From the IMG/VR virus record IMGVR_UViG_3300036800_000125, positions 1-60,506 of that record: 60,506 nt of DNA, one strand, 5' to 3'. Below are positions 9,113-17,754 of this stretch, piece by piece; within the stretch, counting starts at the first letter, position 1, and each line of letters starts with the position of its first letter. The notes below the pieces were generated by a model, which worked only from the letters and a program-made list of their open reading frames with translations, had not been told where the DNA came from and did no database searches. The stretch comes from a virus. Lineage: Duplodnaviria; Caudoviricetes. A program made the translations under genes and the position numbers.

Positions 9113-9311
9113 GGCCGCTCCTTCCTCTTTTCTGAACTGTTGCGCTTCTGCTGCCGCATATGTAGCAGTACCAGCCGTCTCCGGCAGGGATGTAGTAGGG
9201 CCAGTGCCGGTGGGGCATGAATGCCATAATGCCGTAGGTGTCGTAGCGACGCTTCTGGCCTGCCAGCCAGTTACGCCAGTAGAACGTGTAGTACCAGTAG
9301 CTGCCTCTCAT
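9084..9311 (-). CDS. aromatic-rich hypothetical protein with CxxC
   Basis: 75 aa, W/Y-rich, WYCYICG. Confidence 0.5.
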   Translation of the reverse strand: MRGSYWYYTFYWRNWLAGQKRRYDTYGIMAFMPHRHWPYYIPAGDGWYCYICGSRSATVQKRGRSGHGQQHYHKQ

Positions 9312-9574
9312 CGCATCCTTTCCAGCACTTGGGCAATGTGCTCGGACGCTCGTTCTTTCTGCTCGTTACTGCCGAGCAGAAACATCAGAGCCCATCCGTA
9401 GACCAGGTCAGGGACGATCCCGATGAGCGGCGGTATCATCGCGGCCTCTGCTCAACCAGGGCCAGCAGGAGATCCCGCTTGGTCATGACACGACATGCCA
9501 TTATTCCTCCTTAGAGCTGGTAACTCCTCGCCCTGGCCGGGGTGCGGGCCCCGGCCTGAGCGACACGCGGCTAG

Positions 9575-9763
9575 CTAGAGGATTGGCATCGGGTCGGCGA
9601 GGGTGGTGTACTCGTAGACGATGCCGTCTTTTGTTACGCCAGTCCGGCCGCGATACCACCACAGCATAGCGTCGCCACCGGGGGTAGGCCATACATGGAG
9701 GTCCTGCTTGTTGAAGGGGATGTCGCCAACAGCCAGGGCGATGGCGGTGGCCTCGTAGTCCAT
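9575..9763 (-). CDS. small protein, LWWYRGxTG family (paralog of 15929-16177)
   Basis: shared motif F..DL...LWWYRG.TG...D..VYE.T. Confidence 0.75.
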   Translation of the reverse strand: MDYEATAIALAVGDIPFNKQDLHVWPTPGGDAMLWWYRGRTGVTKDGIVYEYTTLADPMPIL

Positions 9764-10764
9764 CAGCCTTCCCCTACCGCTCGGCTGCCCTGGTTCCCAA
9801 CACGGCTTGTGTTGTTAAGATCGGCGGTATTGGCCACATGGACGCCGCGCTCGAAGGCGGCCGGGTTGACAGGCTTGTAGCGATACTTGGGCCTGTTCTT
9901 GGATTCCGCCTTCAGCTCCTCGTCCGTAAGCTTACGGAACATGTCCGGGTTGTCCTTGCGGAACAGGGCGTCTAGGTCGTCAATGCGGGTTCGGAGGATA
10001 AGCTCGCTCCCGCCCGCGCGTCCGCTGGCCACCTCGCGCAACCGACGCGCTAGCTGGGATACGTAGCCGGAGGCGGACGACTTCCGGTGCGATTCGTTAC
10101 GGTCTCGCGCGGCACGCTGGTACGCGCGCTTGTAGTGGGAGCCGACCTGCGTCGCTGGCTGGATACGGCCGTCCTTGTGACGGTAGGGGATCTTCATCTC
10201 CTGCTGCGGCTGGCGCTCCCAGCTGGCTACCTTGTTCCAGCCATCGATGGCGGCGATCTCGAGCCAGTTGTACCCGGCCATGTGGAGGTTGTAGCAGTTC
10301 TCCTCGAGGGACTTGTGGGTCTCGAACCGGGGGATGAGCGCGCCGACCATGTGGAGGCGGAGTGTGGTGTACAGCAGCTCGAAGTAGCGGACGTCGCTCT
10401 CAAAGCCGTACACCTTCGCGAACCAGGAGCCATCGTGCCAGTCGGCGTACGTGCGTACCTTGCAGCGGCAGTGCTCTGCAACGGTCTCGCAGAGCGATCC
10501 GATGTACCCGAGGATGTCGCTGTATCCGCCGACCTCGACGGAGATGATGACCGGCTTGGATTGCTCTTGTCTTGGCCGGGCAGCGTCCGCCTGGGCTGCG
10601 TTAATGCTGTACTTAAGCATGAGCGCGTCCGCCATCTGGGCCGCCAGTGCGGCCTCGTGCGGCGGGGTGCTCTCGTGCTCGGCCTTGGCGATCAGGCCGC
10701 GCACCCTGGACAGGATCTTGTCCAGGTTAATCTCTGGATTCTGGTCCTGTGGCTGTGCTTCCAA
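9763..10764 (-). CDS. DUF2786-domain protein
   Basis: N-terminal DKILSRVRGLIAKAE...EAALAAQMADALMLKYSI matches the DUF2786 pattern. Confidence 0.8.
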   Translation of the reverse strand: MEAQPQDQNPEINLDKILSRVRGLIAKAEHESTPPHEAALAAQMADALMLKYSINAAQADAARPRQEQSKPVIISVEVGGYSDILGYIGSLCETVAEHCRCKVRTYADWHDGSWFAKVYGFESDVRYFELLYTTLRLHMVGALIPRFETHKSLEENCYNLHMAGYNWLEIAAIDGWNKVASWERQPQQEMKIPYRHKDGRIQPATQVGSHYKRAYQRAARDRNESHRKSSASGYVSQLARRLREVASGRAGGSELILRTRIDDLDALFRKDNPDMFRKLTDEELKAESKNRPKYRYKPVNPAAFERGVHVANTADLNNTSRVGNQGSRAVGEG

Positions 10765-10796
10765 CGGGGCCTCCTCGGGTAAGGGGTATGGGTAGA

Positions 10797-10827
10797 AGTA
10801 TACCGTAGATGACGTCGGTAAGGCTAC
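10797..10827 (-). promoter_or_regulatory. phage promoter
   Basis: GTAGCC-N19-TATACT; -35 lies in the arm of a long hairpin (about 10823-10869). Confidence 0.7.
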
Positions 10828-10877
10828 CCCTACGGCTACGCGGTTTAGCCGCGTAGCCGGACGGGTAGCGTGGCTGG

Positions 10878-11165
10878 TTAGTCTGCCAGGGGGTGCCGGG
10901 CACGGGTGGTTACGGTGGTGCCAGGTGCGTACGGGTAGGTAATGCCGGCGGCGACTAGGGAGGTGTTCACGTGCCGCCGACCGGCCGCGTCCTGGCCGTC
11001 CTGGGCACGGTAGGTAATCAGGAGCCAGCGCAGCTCTAGGGTCGGTGCAGTAGCGAGTTGTGCGGCGGTCCGTGCGCCGTATGTATGGGCATGGTACCTG
11101 GTTACCTCGGACAGCAGCTGCTCACGGGGGAGGGATTTCACTTCGGTTAGTAGCTGGTCGTACAT
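10878..11165 (-). CDS. hypothetical protein
   Basis: 95 aa, AGGAGGT RBS. Confidence 0.75.
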   Translation of the reverse strand: MYDQLLTEVKSLPREQLLSEVTRYHAHTYGARTAAQLATAPTLELRWLLITYRAQDGQDAAGRRHVNTSLVAAGITYPYAPGTTVTTRARHPLAD

Positions 11166-11193
11166 TTTACCTCCTACGGTTGGCGTTACCTCA

Positions 11194-11223
11194 ATTATAG
11201 CGTAACTGGACCAGTAGCGCTAC
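11194..11223 (-). promoter_or_regulatory. phage promoter
   Basis: GTAGCG-N18-TATAAT. Confidence 0.75.
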
Positions 11224-11264
11224 CCCCTCGGCCCCTAGCTTTTTACAGCTAGTGCGGGGGTAAG

Positions 11265-11504
11265 CTACTCGTCGTCGTCGCCGGAGCGGAACGTGGCGGT
11301 GCTAATGTCCTCGTACGGGGAGATCCGGCCGAACCGAGCTCCGTACGTCTGGCCGTTGTCCGTAACCACTTCGGCGTCCTCGCCGAAGGACGTAATCGCT
11401 CGGGTAATCAGGGATCGGAGATCGGCCAGGGTCATCGGGTTGTCGATCTGGTATGCGCCGTAACCGAGGTTGTCCTCGATAGGCAGCACTACACGGTCTG
11501 CCAC
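11265..11504 (-). CDS. hypothetical protein
   Basis: 79 aa, GGAGGT RBS. Confidence 0.75.
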   Translation of the reverse strand: MADRVVLPIEDNLGYGAYQIDNPMTLADLRSLITRAITSFGEDAEVVTDNGQTYGARFGRISPYEDISTATFRSGDDDE

Positions 11505-11514
11505 TGTACCTCCG

Positions 11515-11808
11515 TTACATTCTTCCGGTGTTCTGTACCAGCCATCCGCTGGCGTCGCGCGGGTTGTCGAGGAGCTTCTCGGCCTCCCGCTGCGCCTCGT
11601 TCTTGTGCCTGCAGTTGTAGACCGGGTCGCCGTACAGCACGACGTCCCATCCGCCGGTGGCTGCTGGACGTACCTCGATGTGGTCGATGGTGCTGTATCT
11701 GTTCTGGGTGCTGCCCTCGCGCTCCATCTTGTACGCGAGCGTGCCGTAGGCGATGTAGTACGAGGTCCAAACTGTTCCTCGGCCGTTTACCTTGGCGATT
11801 GTGGCCAC
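11515..11808 (-). CDS. hypothetical protein
   Basis: GTG start after GAGAGGA; protein-like C-terminal part of the track ORF. Confidence 0.65.
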   Translation of the reverse strand: MATIAKVNGRGTVWTSYYIAYGTLAYKMEREGSTQNRYSTIDHIEVRPAATGGWDVVLYGDPVYNCRHKNEAQREAEKLLDNPRDASGWLVQNTGRM

Positions 11809-11888
11809 GGTGTTTGCTGTCCTCTCTGGCAGGGTACTGCTAGCCCTAAGACCGAGTGGTACGTGGCCACTCGGTCCCAGGCTACGCA

Positions 11889-12677
11889 CTACTCGCCGGT
11901 GTCGGTCGTGTCGGCTTCGGTGGTCTCGGCGGCGGCTTCGGTGGCCGGTGCTTCCTCCGCGCTGTTGGCGGCGTCGTTCTCCTCGCGCCAGTCGCTGCGG
12001 TCCGGGCGGGGGAGCACGGCGAGGAAGCGCTTGCGGTCGGTGGGCATCCCGTGCAGCCACTGGGCGACGCACTGGCGGATCTCGTCGTCACCCTTGTACC
12101 CGGCGTGGATGAGCACGGCGGCGGCGCTGTCGGGGTCCGCGAGGTTGGCGTCGAGGATGTCCTGGACGACTCGTCCAGCAGCTTCAGCCACGAGCGTGGC
12201 GAGCTCGGTCTTGGCCGCCTTGCGGGCGCTGGCCGCGGTGGCGCTGGCGGTGCCTGTGGCTGCTCCCTTGGCGATTGCTGGCAGTCCTGCCAGACAAGTG
12301 TGGAACTGGACGCTCTGGGTGTAGTTATGCTTGTTTAGCCAGGACATGGGGGCCTCCGCCTCGTCGGCGGCGGTCTTGCCCTTGGGGGTGTCGTCCTGGT
12401 ATGTCTCGTGGATCTGGTCGGACCAGACCTCCATGATGACCTCGCGCTGGTTGCGGACGCCCTCGATGGTGTAGTCATCGAGGCCAGCGTAGCTGGAGCG
12501 CTTCTTTGCGGCCGCGTACTGCTTGCAGCCTTGCAGGTGGATGACCCAGTCGTAGTCGCCCTTGCCCATGAGCAGGGCGTTGACGGTGACTGGCGTCTTG
12601 AGGGTCGCTGCCTTGGCCTGTGGTGCCGGGGCGGCAACCGCAACGGCGGGTCTTGCCTGTCCTGCCTTGGTAGTCAT
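11889..12677 (-). CDS. Ala-rich hypothetical protein with acidic tail
   Basis: 262 aa, AAGGAA RBS, own promoter. Confidence 0.8.
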   Translation of the reverse strand: MTTKAGQARPAVAVAAPAPQAKAATLKTPVTVNALLMGKGDYDWVIHLQGCKQYAAAKKRSSYAGLDDYTIEGVRNQREVIMEVWSDQIHETYQDDTPKGKTAADEAEAPMSWLNKHNYTQSVQFHTCLAGLPAIAKGAATGTASATAASARKAAKTELATLVAEAAGRVVQDILDANLADPDSAAAVLIHAGYKGDDEIRQCVAQWLHGMPTDRKRFLAVLPRPDRSDWREENDAANSAEEAPATEAAAETTEADTTDTGE

Positions 12678-12769
12678 TGTTCGTTCCTTTCTTGCTGTCT
12701 CCTGGCCCCTCGGGGCCCTTTACCGGGGGTACCGGGGCCCTTGCTCCCCGCGTCGCTCCCACTAACCCC

Positions 12770-12799
12770 ATTATACGCTACGCGCTGTAACCGCGCTAC
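12770..12799 (-). promoter_or_regulatory. phage promoter
   Basis: GTAGCG-N18-TATAAT. Confidence 0.75.
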
Positions 12800-12822
12800 C
12801 CCTTACCATAGATTACCGCTGG

Positions 12823-13179
12823 TTATTTTCGGTTATTTTTATTTTTCCGATAGGCTTCGCTGCGACGATTCCGGGCAGCCTCACGGTGGGAAAGGTAGCC
12901 AGTGTCGCGCTGCGCGCGGTGGAGTATGTTCGCAACGGTAATGTGGTCGTAGGTGCGTATGTCTCCATTCAATTCGTACGATATTTCCGCTGCATATCTG
13001 GACAGTAGTGCTATTTCCGGTGTAACTCCTTCCAGATGAGGGCCCTGGGGGAGCTGGGCTACACGGCGGAGATAGGCGGTAACATCGTCCATCGCCTGTC
13101 CGAATGATAGTTCTGGGTTCTGTGTCATGTGAAGGCGGAGGATTACAGTGATGGCTGCATTGGTAGTTCTCTTGTCCAT
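12823..13179 (-). CDS. hypothetical protein, basic C-terminus, lower GC
   Basis: 118 aa; ATG 7 nt below a -10 box (probably leaderless). Confidence 0.65.
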   Translation of the reverse strand: MDKRTTNAAITVILRLHMTQNPELSFGQAMDDVTAYLRRVAQLPQGPHLEGVTPEIALLSRYAAEISYELNGDIRTYDHITVANILHRAQRDTGYLSHREAARNRRSEAYRKNKNNRK

Positions 13180-13186
13180 GATGAAT

Positions 13187-13217
13187 AGTATATACCCTTC
13201 GTATAAGTGATGGCTAC
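13187..13217 (-). promoter_or_regulatory. phage promoter
   Basis: GTAGCC-N19-TATACT. Confidence 0.6.
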
Positions 13218-13551
13218 GGTAAGTATACTATATTCTCCGCCGTACCTACCCCGGGGGGTCCCTAAACTATAAGGGTATTTGCCATGGTCAATGCCATGTT
13301 TTTTGAATTTAGGGGGAGGTCCCTAAACCCCTTGTGCAATTGTGGCTAGAGGGTGTTCGTGTGTGAAGTTTTCAATGAGGGTACAGGAGAGTATGAACGG
13401 CTGGAAACCATGGCTGCAGTGCTGTTAAGCTTGATTTCCTATTATTCTAGTATTATTTATTATATACATATGGAGAAAGTAAGGAGGTTAGGGACCTAGG
13501 TCGGGCACACGGGCCTAACGTTTCCGCTTCTAAACTATTTGCATGAAATGG

Positions 13552-13612
13552 CCATTTTTCAACCAACTTTCGGCCATTTTTCTACCATTTTCTAGCCATT
13601 TTCTCCATTTTC
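13552..13612. repeat. six CCATTTT(T)C-like units at about 11 bp period
   Basis: copies at 13552, 13563 (degenerate), 13574, 13585, 13596, 13605. Confidence 0.85.
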
Positions 13613-14055
13613 TATGACTCGCCCGGGATTCCTGGTGTCGACTTCTAACGTCGGCTTTACCTATTAGGGACGAAACCGGGCGTGCAAACTACGCTCAGTA
13701 ACCGGAATCTCCAGCGAATTACATCGCCACAGGTACCTAAACGGTCGATCAGATCTACCCCCCCTGTCTCCGAGCTTCGAAGCGTTACTGGCGACTACGA
13801 TTGCTTTGTCACTGCAACTACGTAGCGTAACCATTTCCTGCAGGAAATTGGCAACAGGAAAATTAAAACGTTTTAATTCCGAAATTCTAAACTACTCCAA
13901 ATTCCCACCGTTTACTGCCTTTTCACCATAAGTTACTGGTGAGTACGGTTTCCATATGGAACGGTACTCAGTACCCTTCCATATGGCGTTCGAATGGCCG
14001 TAGCGTGGAGTAAATCGGCCCTAGTGATACCACTATTCGGCCGTATCCAGCCACT

Positions 14056-14090
14056 AAAAACGACCCCACCCCGAAGGGCAGGGCCGTCTT
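14056..14090 (-). terminator. Rho-independent terminator of the early cassette
   Basis: 13 bp stem with G-U pairs, UUCG loop, U-tail (GACGGCCCTGCCC-TTCG-GGGTGGGGTCGTT-TTT). Confidence 0.85.
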
Positions 14091-14136
14091 TCTGGCGTTC
14101 TCCTACGCTTTTCCGCCGCCGCTCGTGTAGTTTTGC

Positions 14137-14256
14137 CTAGAACTCCTCTCTGGACGTGCGAATCTGGAGGACGAGGCACCAGTAGGCGAGGGATGCGTTG
14201 AACAGCATCTTGGCTGCACGCGTGTAGTAATACAGCGTGGCTTCGTAGATGGTCAT
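14137..14256 (-). CDS. 39 aa hydrophobic peptide
   Basis: translated by hand, MTIYEATLYY...; GGAGG RBS. Confidence 0.55.
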   Translation of the reverse strand: MTIYEATLYYYTRAAKMLFNASLAYWCLVLQIRTSREEF

Positions 14257-14288
14257 TGAGCCTCCATGAGGCTAGGTGTGGATTCGTG

Positions 14289-14355
14289 GGGCTAGGTTGC
14301 CCGGCCAGCCCTGGAACGATACTGAGTACCGTTCCAGGACCAGCCTAGCGGACTA
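14289..14355 (-). repeat. two-hairpin intergenic element, copy A
   Basis: TAG-NN-CGCTA-[hairpin]-GGGCAACCTAGCCC on the minus strand. Confidence 0.8.
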
Positions 14356-14529
14356 TCCTTCGTTGGTGACGACGATCAGGATGGAATTGCCGTATCGAGA
14401 CCAGGTTCCTGCATAGCTCAGGCCTCGACTTTTTTCGCAGTCGGCAGTCCAGGTACCATTTTCGTCTGGGAACACTCGGGCGGTGGGGTCCTTGACCTCG
14501 TCCTGAACAGCCTTGATGATGTCTTCCAT
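14353..14529 (-). CDS. 58 aa hypothetical protein
   Basis: translated by hand, MEDIIKAVQD...; abuts the upstream stop. Confidence 0.6.
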   Translation of the reverse strand: MEDIIKAVQDEVKDPTARVFPDENGTWTADCEKSRGLSYAGTWSRYGNSILIVVTNEG

Positions 14530-14530
14530 C

Positions 14531-14881
14531 TCAGGCCATGTGGATGGTGATCGGGCTCATGTCCTCGGCGCAGTCCTCGGTGCGGATGGCGGCCGCCAGG
14601 GTCTCGAGCGCCAGAGCGACGTCTTCGCGGTCCAGGCCATCGCCTAGTGCGGTCCGCGCCGCCAGTTCCGAGTAGCGCTGGAGCATCAGGAAGGCCTCGC
14701 TGGCCGTTACGGAGGTCGGGCCCTCCATCCGGCCGCCGTGCGTTTCGTACTGGAACGCGCTGTCCTGGTGGGCGTTGTAGGCGTCGGCCGCATTGGTGTT
14801 GTCGTACGGGCCAAGACCGAGCTCCTGGTTCATGCGCTCGCCATCGGCCTCGTAGTCGGATTGGTCAAGGTCTTTGGGCAT
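14531..14881 (-). CDS. acidic hypothetical protein
   Basis: 116 aa, AAGGAG RBS. Confidence 0.75.
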   Translation of the reverse strand: MPKDLDQSDYEADGERMNQELGLGPYDNTNAADAYNAHQDSAFQYETHGGRMEGPTSVTASEAFLMLQRYSELAARTALGDGLDREDVALALETLAAAIRTEDCAEDMSPITIHMA

Positions 14882-14883
14882 CG

Positions 14884-15216
14884 CTACTCCTTGAAGGGTA
14901 CGGACTGGTATGTGACGCCGACGTCTGGGAAGTGCTGGGCGTTGGCTATGCCGCCGACGTCGTCGATGAGCGAGCAGACGGCCATCATGTCATCGCCGAG
15001 GTCGACATCCACGCCGTTGAGCAGGATGCGGCCGGTGTCGTTGAACTCGATGGTGATTGCGCTTCTTCCGTGGTCGCCGTCATCCTCGCAATCGATGGAG
15101 GAGACGTGTTCGCACAGGTAGATCGACTTCACAGTGTCGGCGTTGTGGTAGACCAGCGTTACATCCACTGGTTCTTCCAGCACCCAGGCGGGCAGATGGT
15201 TGATCATTTCGGGCAT
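14884..15216 (-). CDS. acidic hypothetical protein
   Basis: 110 aa, GGAGGAG RBS. Confidence 0.75.
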   Translation of the reverse strand: MPEMINHLPAWVLEEPVDVTLVYHNADTVKSIYLCEHVSSIDCEDDGDHGRSAITIEFNDTGRILLNGVDVDLGDDMMAVCSLIDDVGGIANAQHFPDVGVTYQSVPFKE

Positions 15217-15219
15217 GTT

Positions 15220-15381
15220 TTACTCCTCCACTACCAGGGTGGGCTCGCCGTTGTGGTCGGTCACATCGAGCACGGTCTCGCAGTAGGGGACGCGCTCGGC
15301 CTTGGCGATGGCCTCATCGACGTCGGCGGCCTCGATGTCGCTGCCGTAGATGCCGTTGATGGTCATGGTTCGGAATTTCAC
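15220..15381 (-). CDS. 53 aa acidic protein
   Basis: translated by hand, VKFRTMTING...; AAGGGG RBS. Confidence 0.6.
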   Translation of the reverse strand: MKFRTMTINGIYGSDIEAADVDEAIAKAERVPYCETVLDVTDHNGEPTLVVEE

Positions 15382-15412
15382 ATCTCGCCCCTTTCCTTTT
15401 GGTTATAGCTCA

Positions 15413-15442
15413 AGTATAGCGTATACCGGCTGGTAACGCTAG
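15413..15442 (-). promoter_or_regulatory. phage promoter
   Basis: CTAGCG-N18-TATACT, next to a long hairpin (about 15441-15480). Confidence 0.75.
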
Positions 15443-15489
15443 CCCTAGCGTAGAAAATTTGCAACTTTCTACGCTGGGCTACGCGCGGC

Positions 15490-15648
15490 CTAGCTGAAGA
15501 CGAATCCGTAGGCGTCGAAGGTGAGCGTTGCCTGGAACATGGTAAGTTCTTCGTAGGTCCTGCCCCACATGTATATGGACAGGTAATCGATGTTCATCGG
15601 TGCCAGCCCGTCGCGGGCACACCCTGCCTTGTACTCGTCGAGGGTCAT
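15490..15648 (-). CDS. 52 aa hypothetical protein
   Basis: MTLDEYKAGC..., ATGA overlap. Confidence 0.65.
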   Translation of the reverse strand: MTLDEYKAGCARDGLAPMNIDYLSIYMWGRTYEELTMFQATLTFDAYGFVFS

Positions 15649-15932
15649 TCTTCCTCCCAGTCGTAGATGCCGAGTGAGGCGATGTGGTCGGTGAGGTACT
15701 GCGGGGCAAGTTGCACCCCGAGTGGTCGCCACTGGAAGGTGAACTTGAGGTGGGCGCAGTTCCGGTGGGCCTTGAGGGTGCGCAGGCCGACGCGGGCGGA
15801 GGGCAGGTCGTAGATCGGACGGCCGCCGTACTCCGTGCCGAAGTACACGACCGGCGTGTGGTTGGATTGCGTGAGCCAGCAGACCCCGGGATTGCGGATC
15901 GCACGCTGGCTGCGTGGCTTGCGGTAGATCAT
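15645..15932 (-). CDS. hypothetical protein
   Basis: 95 aa, ATGA overlaps at both ends. Confidence 0.7.
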   Translation of the reverse strand: MIYRKPRSQRAIRNPGVCWLTQSNHTPVVYFGTEYGGRPIYDLPSARVGLRTLKAHRNCAHLKFTFQWRPLGVQLAPQYLTDHIASLGIYDWEEE

Positions 15933-16177
15933 GGTTGCTCGTCCTCCGGTGGGGTCATGAGCCGGTCAGGCGTGTGCTCGTACACCTCGTCGTCTACCAT
16001 GTTGTAGTAGCCGGTAGCACCTCGGTACCACCAGAGCACGACGGAGCTGTCCTCTGGGTGCTCGTCGATTGTGAGGTCTTCTGGTGTGAAGTCGCGCTGC
16101 CCCGGGCGTCGGAGGTCTTCCTCCAGCGCGTTGGAGATCGCCATCCATGCCTTGAAGCTGCTGGCGTTCGCTTCCAT
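15929..16177 (-). CDS. small protein, LWWYRGxTG family (paralog of 9575-9763)
   Basis: GAGGAG RBS; shared motif. Confidence 0.75.
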   Translation of the reverse strand: MEANASSFKAWMAISNALEEDLRRPGQRDFTPEDLTIDEHPEDSSVVLWWYRGATGYYNMVDDEVYEHTPDRLMTPPEDEQP

Positions 16178-16193
16178 GGTACTCCTCCTCTTT

Positions 16194-16249
16194 GGGCTAG
16201 GCAGCCCGGCCGGAGCTCCGTGGCAGCGGAGCGCCAGCCTAGTGGCCTA
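16194..16249 (-). repeat. two-hairpin intergenic element, copy B
   Basis: TAG-NN-CACTA-[hairpin]-GGGCTGCCTAGCCC. Confidence 0.8.
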
Positions 16250-16507
16250 GCGGATGAGGCTGGTGGCGGGGCACCAGTAGGTGCCATCCTTCTTGGCCTT
16301 GACGGTGCAGAAGATGGATCCGTCGAAACTGCCGTACATGATCCACTTGCCGACACCGAACTGCGGTTCTTCGTAGATGTTGTTGTCGTCGTCCTTGATG
16401 TAGTACTCTGCGTTGGCCGGGTCGGCGTAGGCCGGGTCAACCGTGGCCCACCGGCGACGGAAGTGGTCAGCGGCGGCCGCACGGGCGGTGGGGAAGTTCG
16501 TTTCCAT
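16247..16507 (-). CDS. hypothetical protein
   Basis: 86 aa; ATG 6 nt below a -10 box. Confidence 0.75.
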   Translation of the reverse strand: METNFPTARAAAADHFRRRWATVDPAYADPANAEYYIKDDDNNIYEEPQFGVGKWIMYGSFDGSIFCTVKAKKDGTYWCPATSLIR

Positions 16508-16513
16508 AGCCTT

Positions 16514-16544
16514 ATTCTACCTCCATGCTGACTAGTAAGGCTAG
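16514..16544 (-). promoter_or_regulatory. phage promoter, probably leaderless
   Basis: CTAGCC-N19-TAGAAT-AAGGCT-ATG; near-duplicate of 17341-17386. Confidence 0.7.
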
Positions 16545-16593
16545 CCCCTAGCCGGAAAATTTTCTGCAATTCTCCGGCTACGGGCGAACCCGG

Positions 16594-16662
16594 CTAGCGA
16601 CGAGGTGTTGCGAAGAATGCGGTGAACAGGATGATGACGCCGATCAGGGCAAGGCCGAACAT
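16594..16662 (-). CDS. 22 aa single-TM peptide (MFGLALIGVIILFTAFFATPRR)
   Basis: translated by hand; starts just after the upstream TAG. Confidence 0.45.
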   Translation of the reverse strand: MFGLALIGVIILFTAFFATPRR

Positions 16663-16666
16663 GCGG

Positions 16667-16867
16667 CTAGGCTCCGATGGGCTGGGCGTCTTGCAGGAAG
16701 CGGGCCCAGCCACCGGCGTAGTGGCGGCTGATGCCCCGGATGACTTGCTCGTCGGTCAGGGAGCCGAGGCTGCCCTCACCCCAGGAGCAGTCGGCGATCC
16801 AGTCGCGCGCGGCCTTGATGTCAGCCGGGGTGAGGGTTGACGTTGTTAGCGGGTAGCGCTTGGCCAT
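16667..16867 (-). CDS. hypothetical protein
   Basis: 66 aa, GGAGG RBS. Confidence 0.75.
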   Translation of the reverse strand: MAKRYPLTTSTLTPADIKAARDWIADCSWGEGSLGSLTDEQVIRGISRHYAGGWARFLQDAQPIGA

Positions 16868-16897
16868 GGTAAGCCTCCGTGAGGCTGGTAGGGAGCT

Positions 16898-16947
16898 GGG
16901 CTAGGTCGCCCGGGCAGTGCCCCGTAGGGCACCACCCTAGCGCGCTA
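16898..16947 (-). repeat. two-hairpin intergenic element, copy C
   Basis: TAG-CG-CGCTA-[hairpin]-GGGCGACCTAGCCC. Confidence 0.85.
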
Positions 16948-17343
16948 GAGCTCCTGGCGGGGCACATCCCGCCCGCAGTGGTAGCAGTGCTCACTTGCGT
17001 TATCCGGGTTAGCGAACACCCCGGGATGGATACAGTCGCGCGTCACGGATTCGCCGTAGTTCAGGTTCAGGGTTGCGGCCTCGTCAGCCGCCCCCAGCAC
17101 GACGGGCAGGTCATCGCCGAAGTCACGGATCAGATCAGAGCAGCCGCCCCACTCAGCCCAGACCACGGCGAGCGGGCGGAGGTCGTCAAAGACGAGCAGG
17201 ACGGCCGGGAACAGGCCGACCGTACCGGCGGGCTGGTAGGTAAAGCCGCCGGGGGAGATGGTACCGCGCGTTATCGTCACGGGCGAGCCGTCACGGAACC
17301 AAAGCGGCAGTTCAGCCGGGGGAACCGGCAGGTTTTCATTCAT
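16945..17343 (-). CDS. hypothetical protein, C-terminal Cys/His cluster
   Basis: 132 aa; CIHP...HCYHCG. Confidence 0.75.
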   Translation of the reverse strand: MNENLPVPPAELPLWFRDGSPVTITRGTISPGGFTYQPAGTVGLFPAVLLVFDDLRPLAVVWAEWGGCSDLIRDFGDDLPVVLGAADEAATLNLNYGESVTRDCIHPGVFANPDNASEHCYHCGRDVPRQEL

Positions 17344-17349
17344 AGCCTT

Positions 17350-17379
17350 ATCGTACCTCCTATTGGCTAGTAAGGCTAC
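17350..17379 (-). promoter_or_regulatory. phage promoter, probably leaderless
   Basis: GTAGCC-N18-TACGAT-AAGGCT-ATG. Confidence 0.7.
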
Positions 17380-17424
17380 CCCCTAGACTGGTAACGTTGC
17401 GTTACCAGCCCGAGGGAAGCACGG

Positions 17425-17733
17425 CTAGCGCCAGTCAGAGCGGTCAGGAACGGGCAGGTCAGCGGTAGGCCAGCCGAGCGCGGGGGAGGACAGGTGGTGA
17501 AGCTGGTTCGAGATGAGCTTGGCGACTTCGGCCTGAAGCTCAGCGGGCACCAGTTCGGTGACCAGGGTACCGGCGGCCAGGATGATCGCCAGGTCGACGT
17601 CACGCCGCCAGTCGGTCGCCGTACGCGGCTTGACCGTTACGGTCCGCGCGGGGTGAGCCTTGGCGAAGGCCTGCGGGTCCCGCTGCGCCAGTTCGAAGGC
17701 GGACCGGAGCGCGAGGAGCGATGAAGTTGTCAT
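17425..17733 (-). CDS. hypothetical protein
   Basis: 102 aa, GAAAGG RBS. Confidence 0.7.
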   Translation of the reverse strand: MTTSSLLALRSAFELAQRDPQAFAKAHPARTVTVKPRTATDWRRDVDLAIILAAGTLVTELVPAELQAEVAKLISNQLHHLSSPALGWPTADLPVPDRSDWR

Positions 17734-17754
17734 GGTAGTGCCTTTCTCGGTTTT

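Noticed and set aside
9308-9501. Two tiny ORFs (21 and 43 aa)
   Set aside because: Plausible from ATGA coupling but too short to support; could be one frameshifted gene
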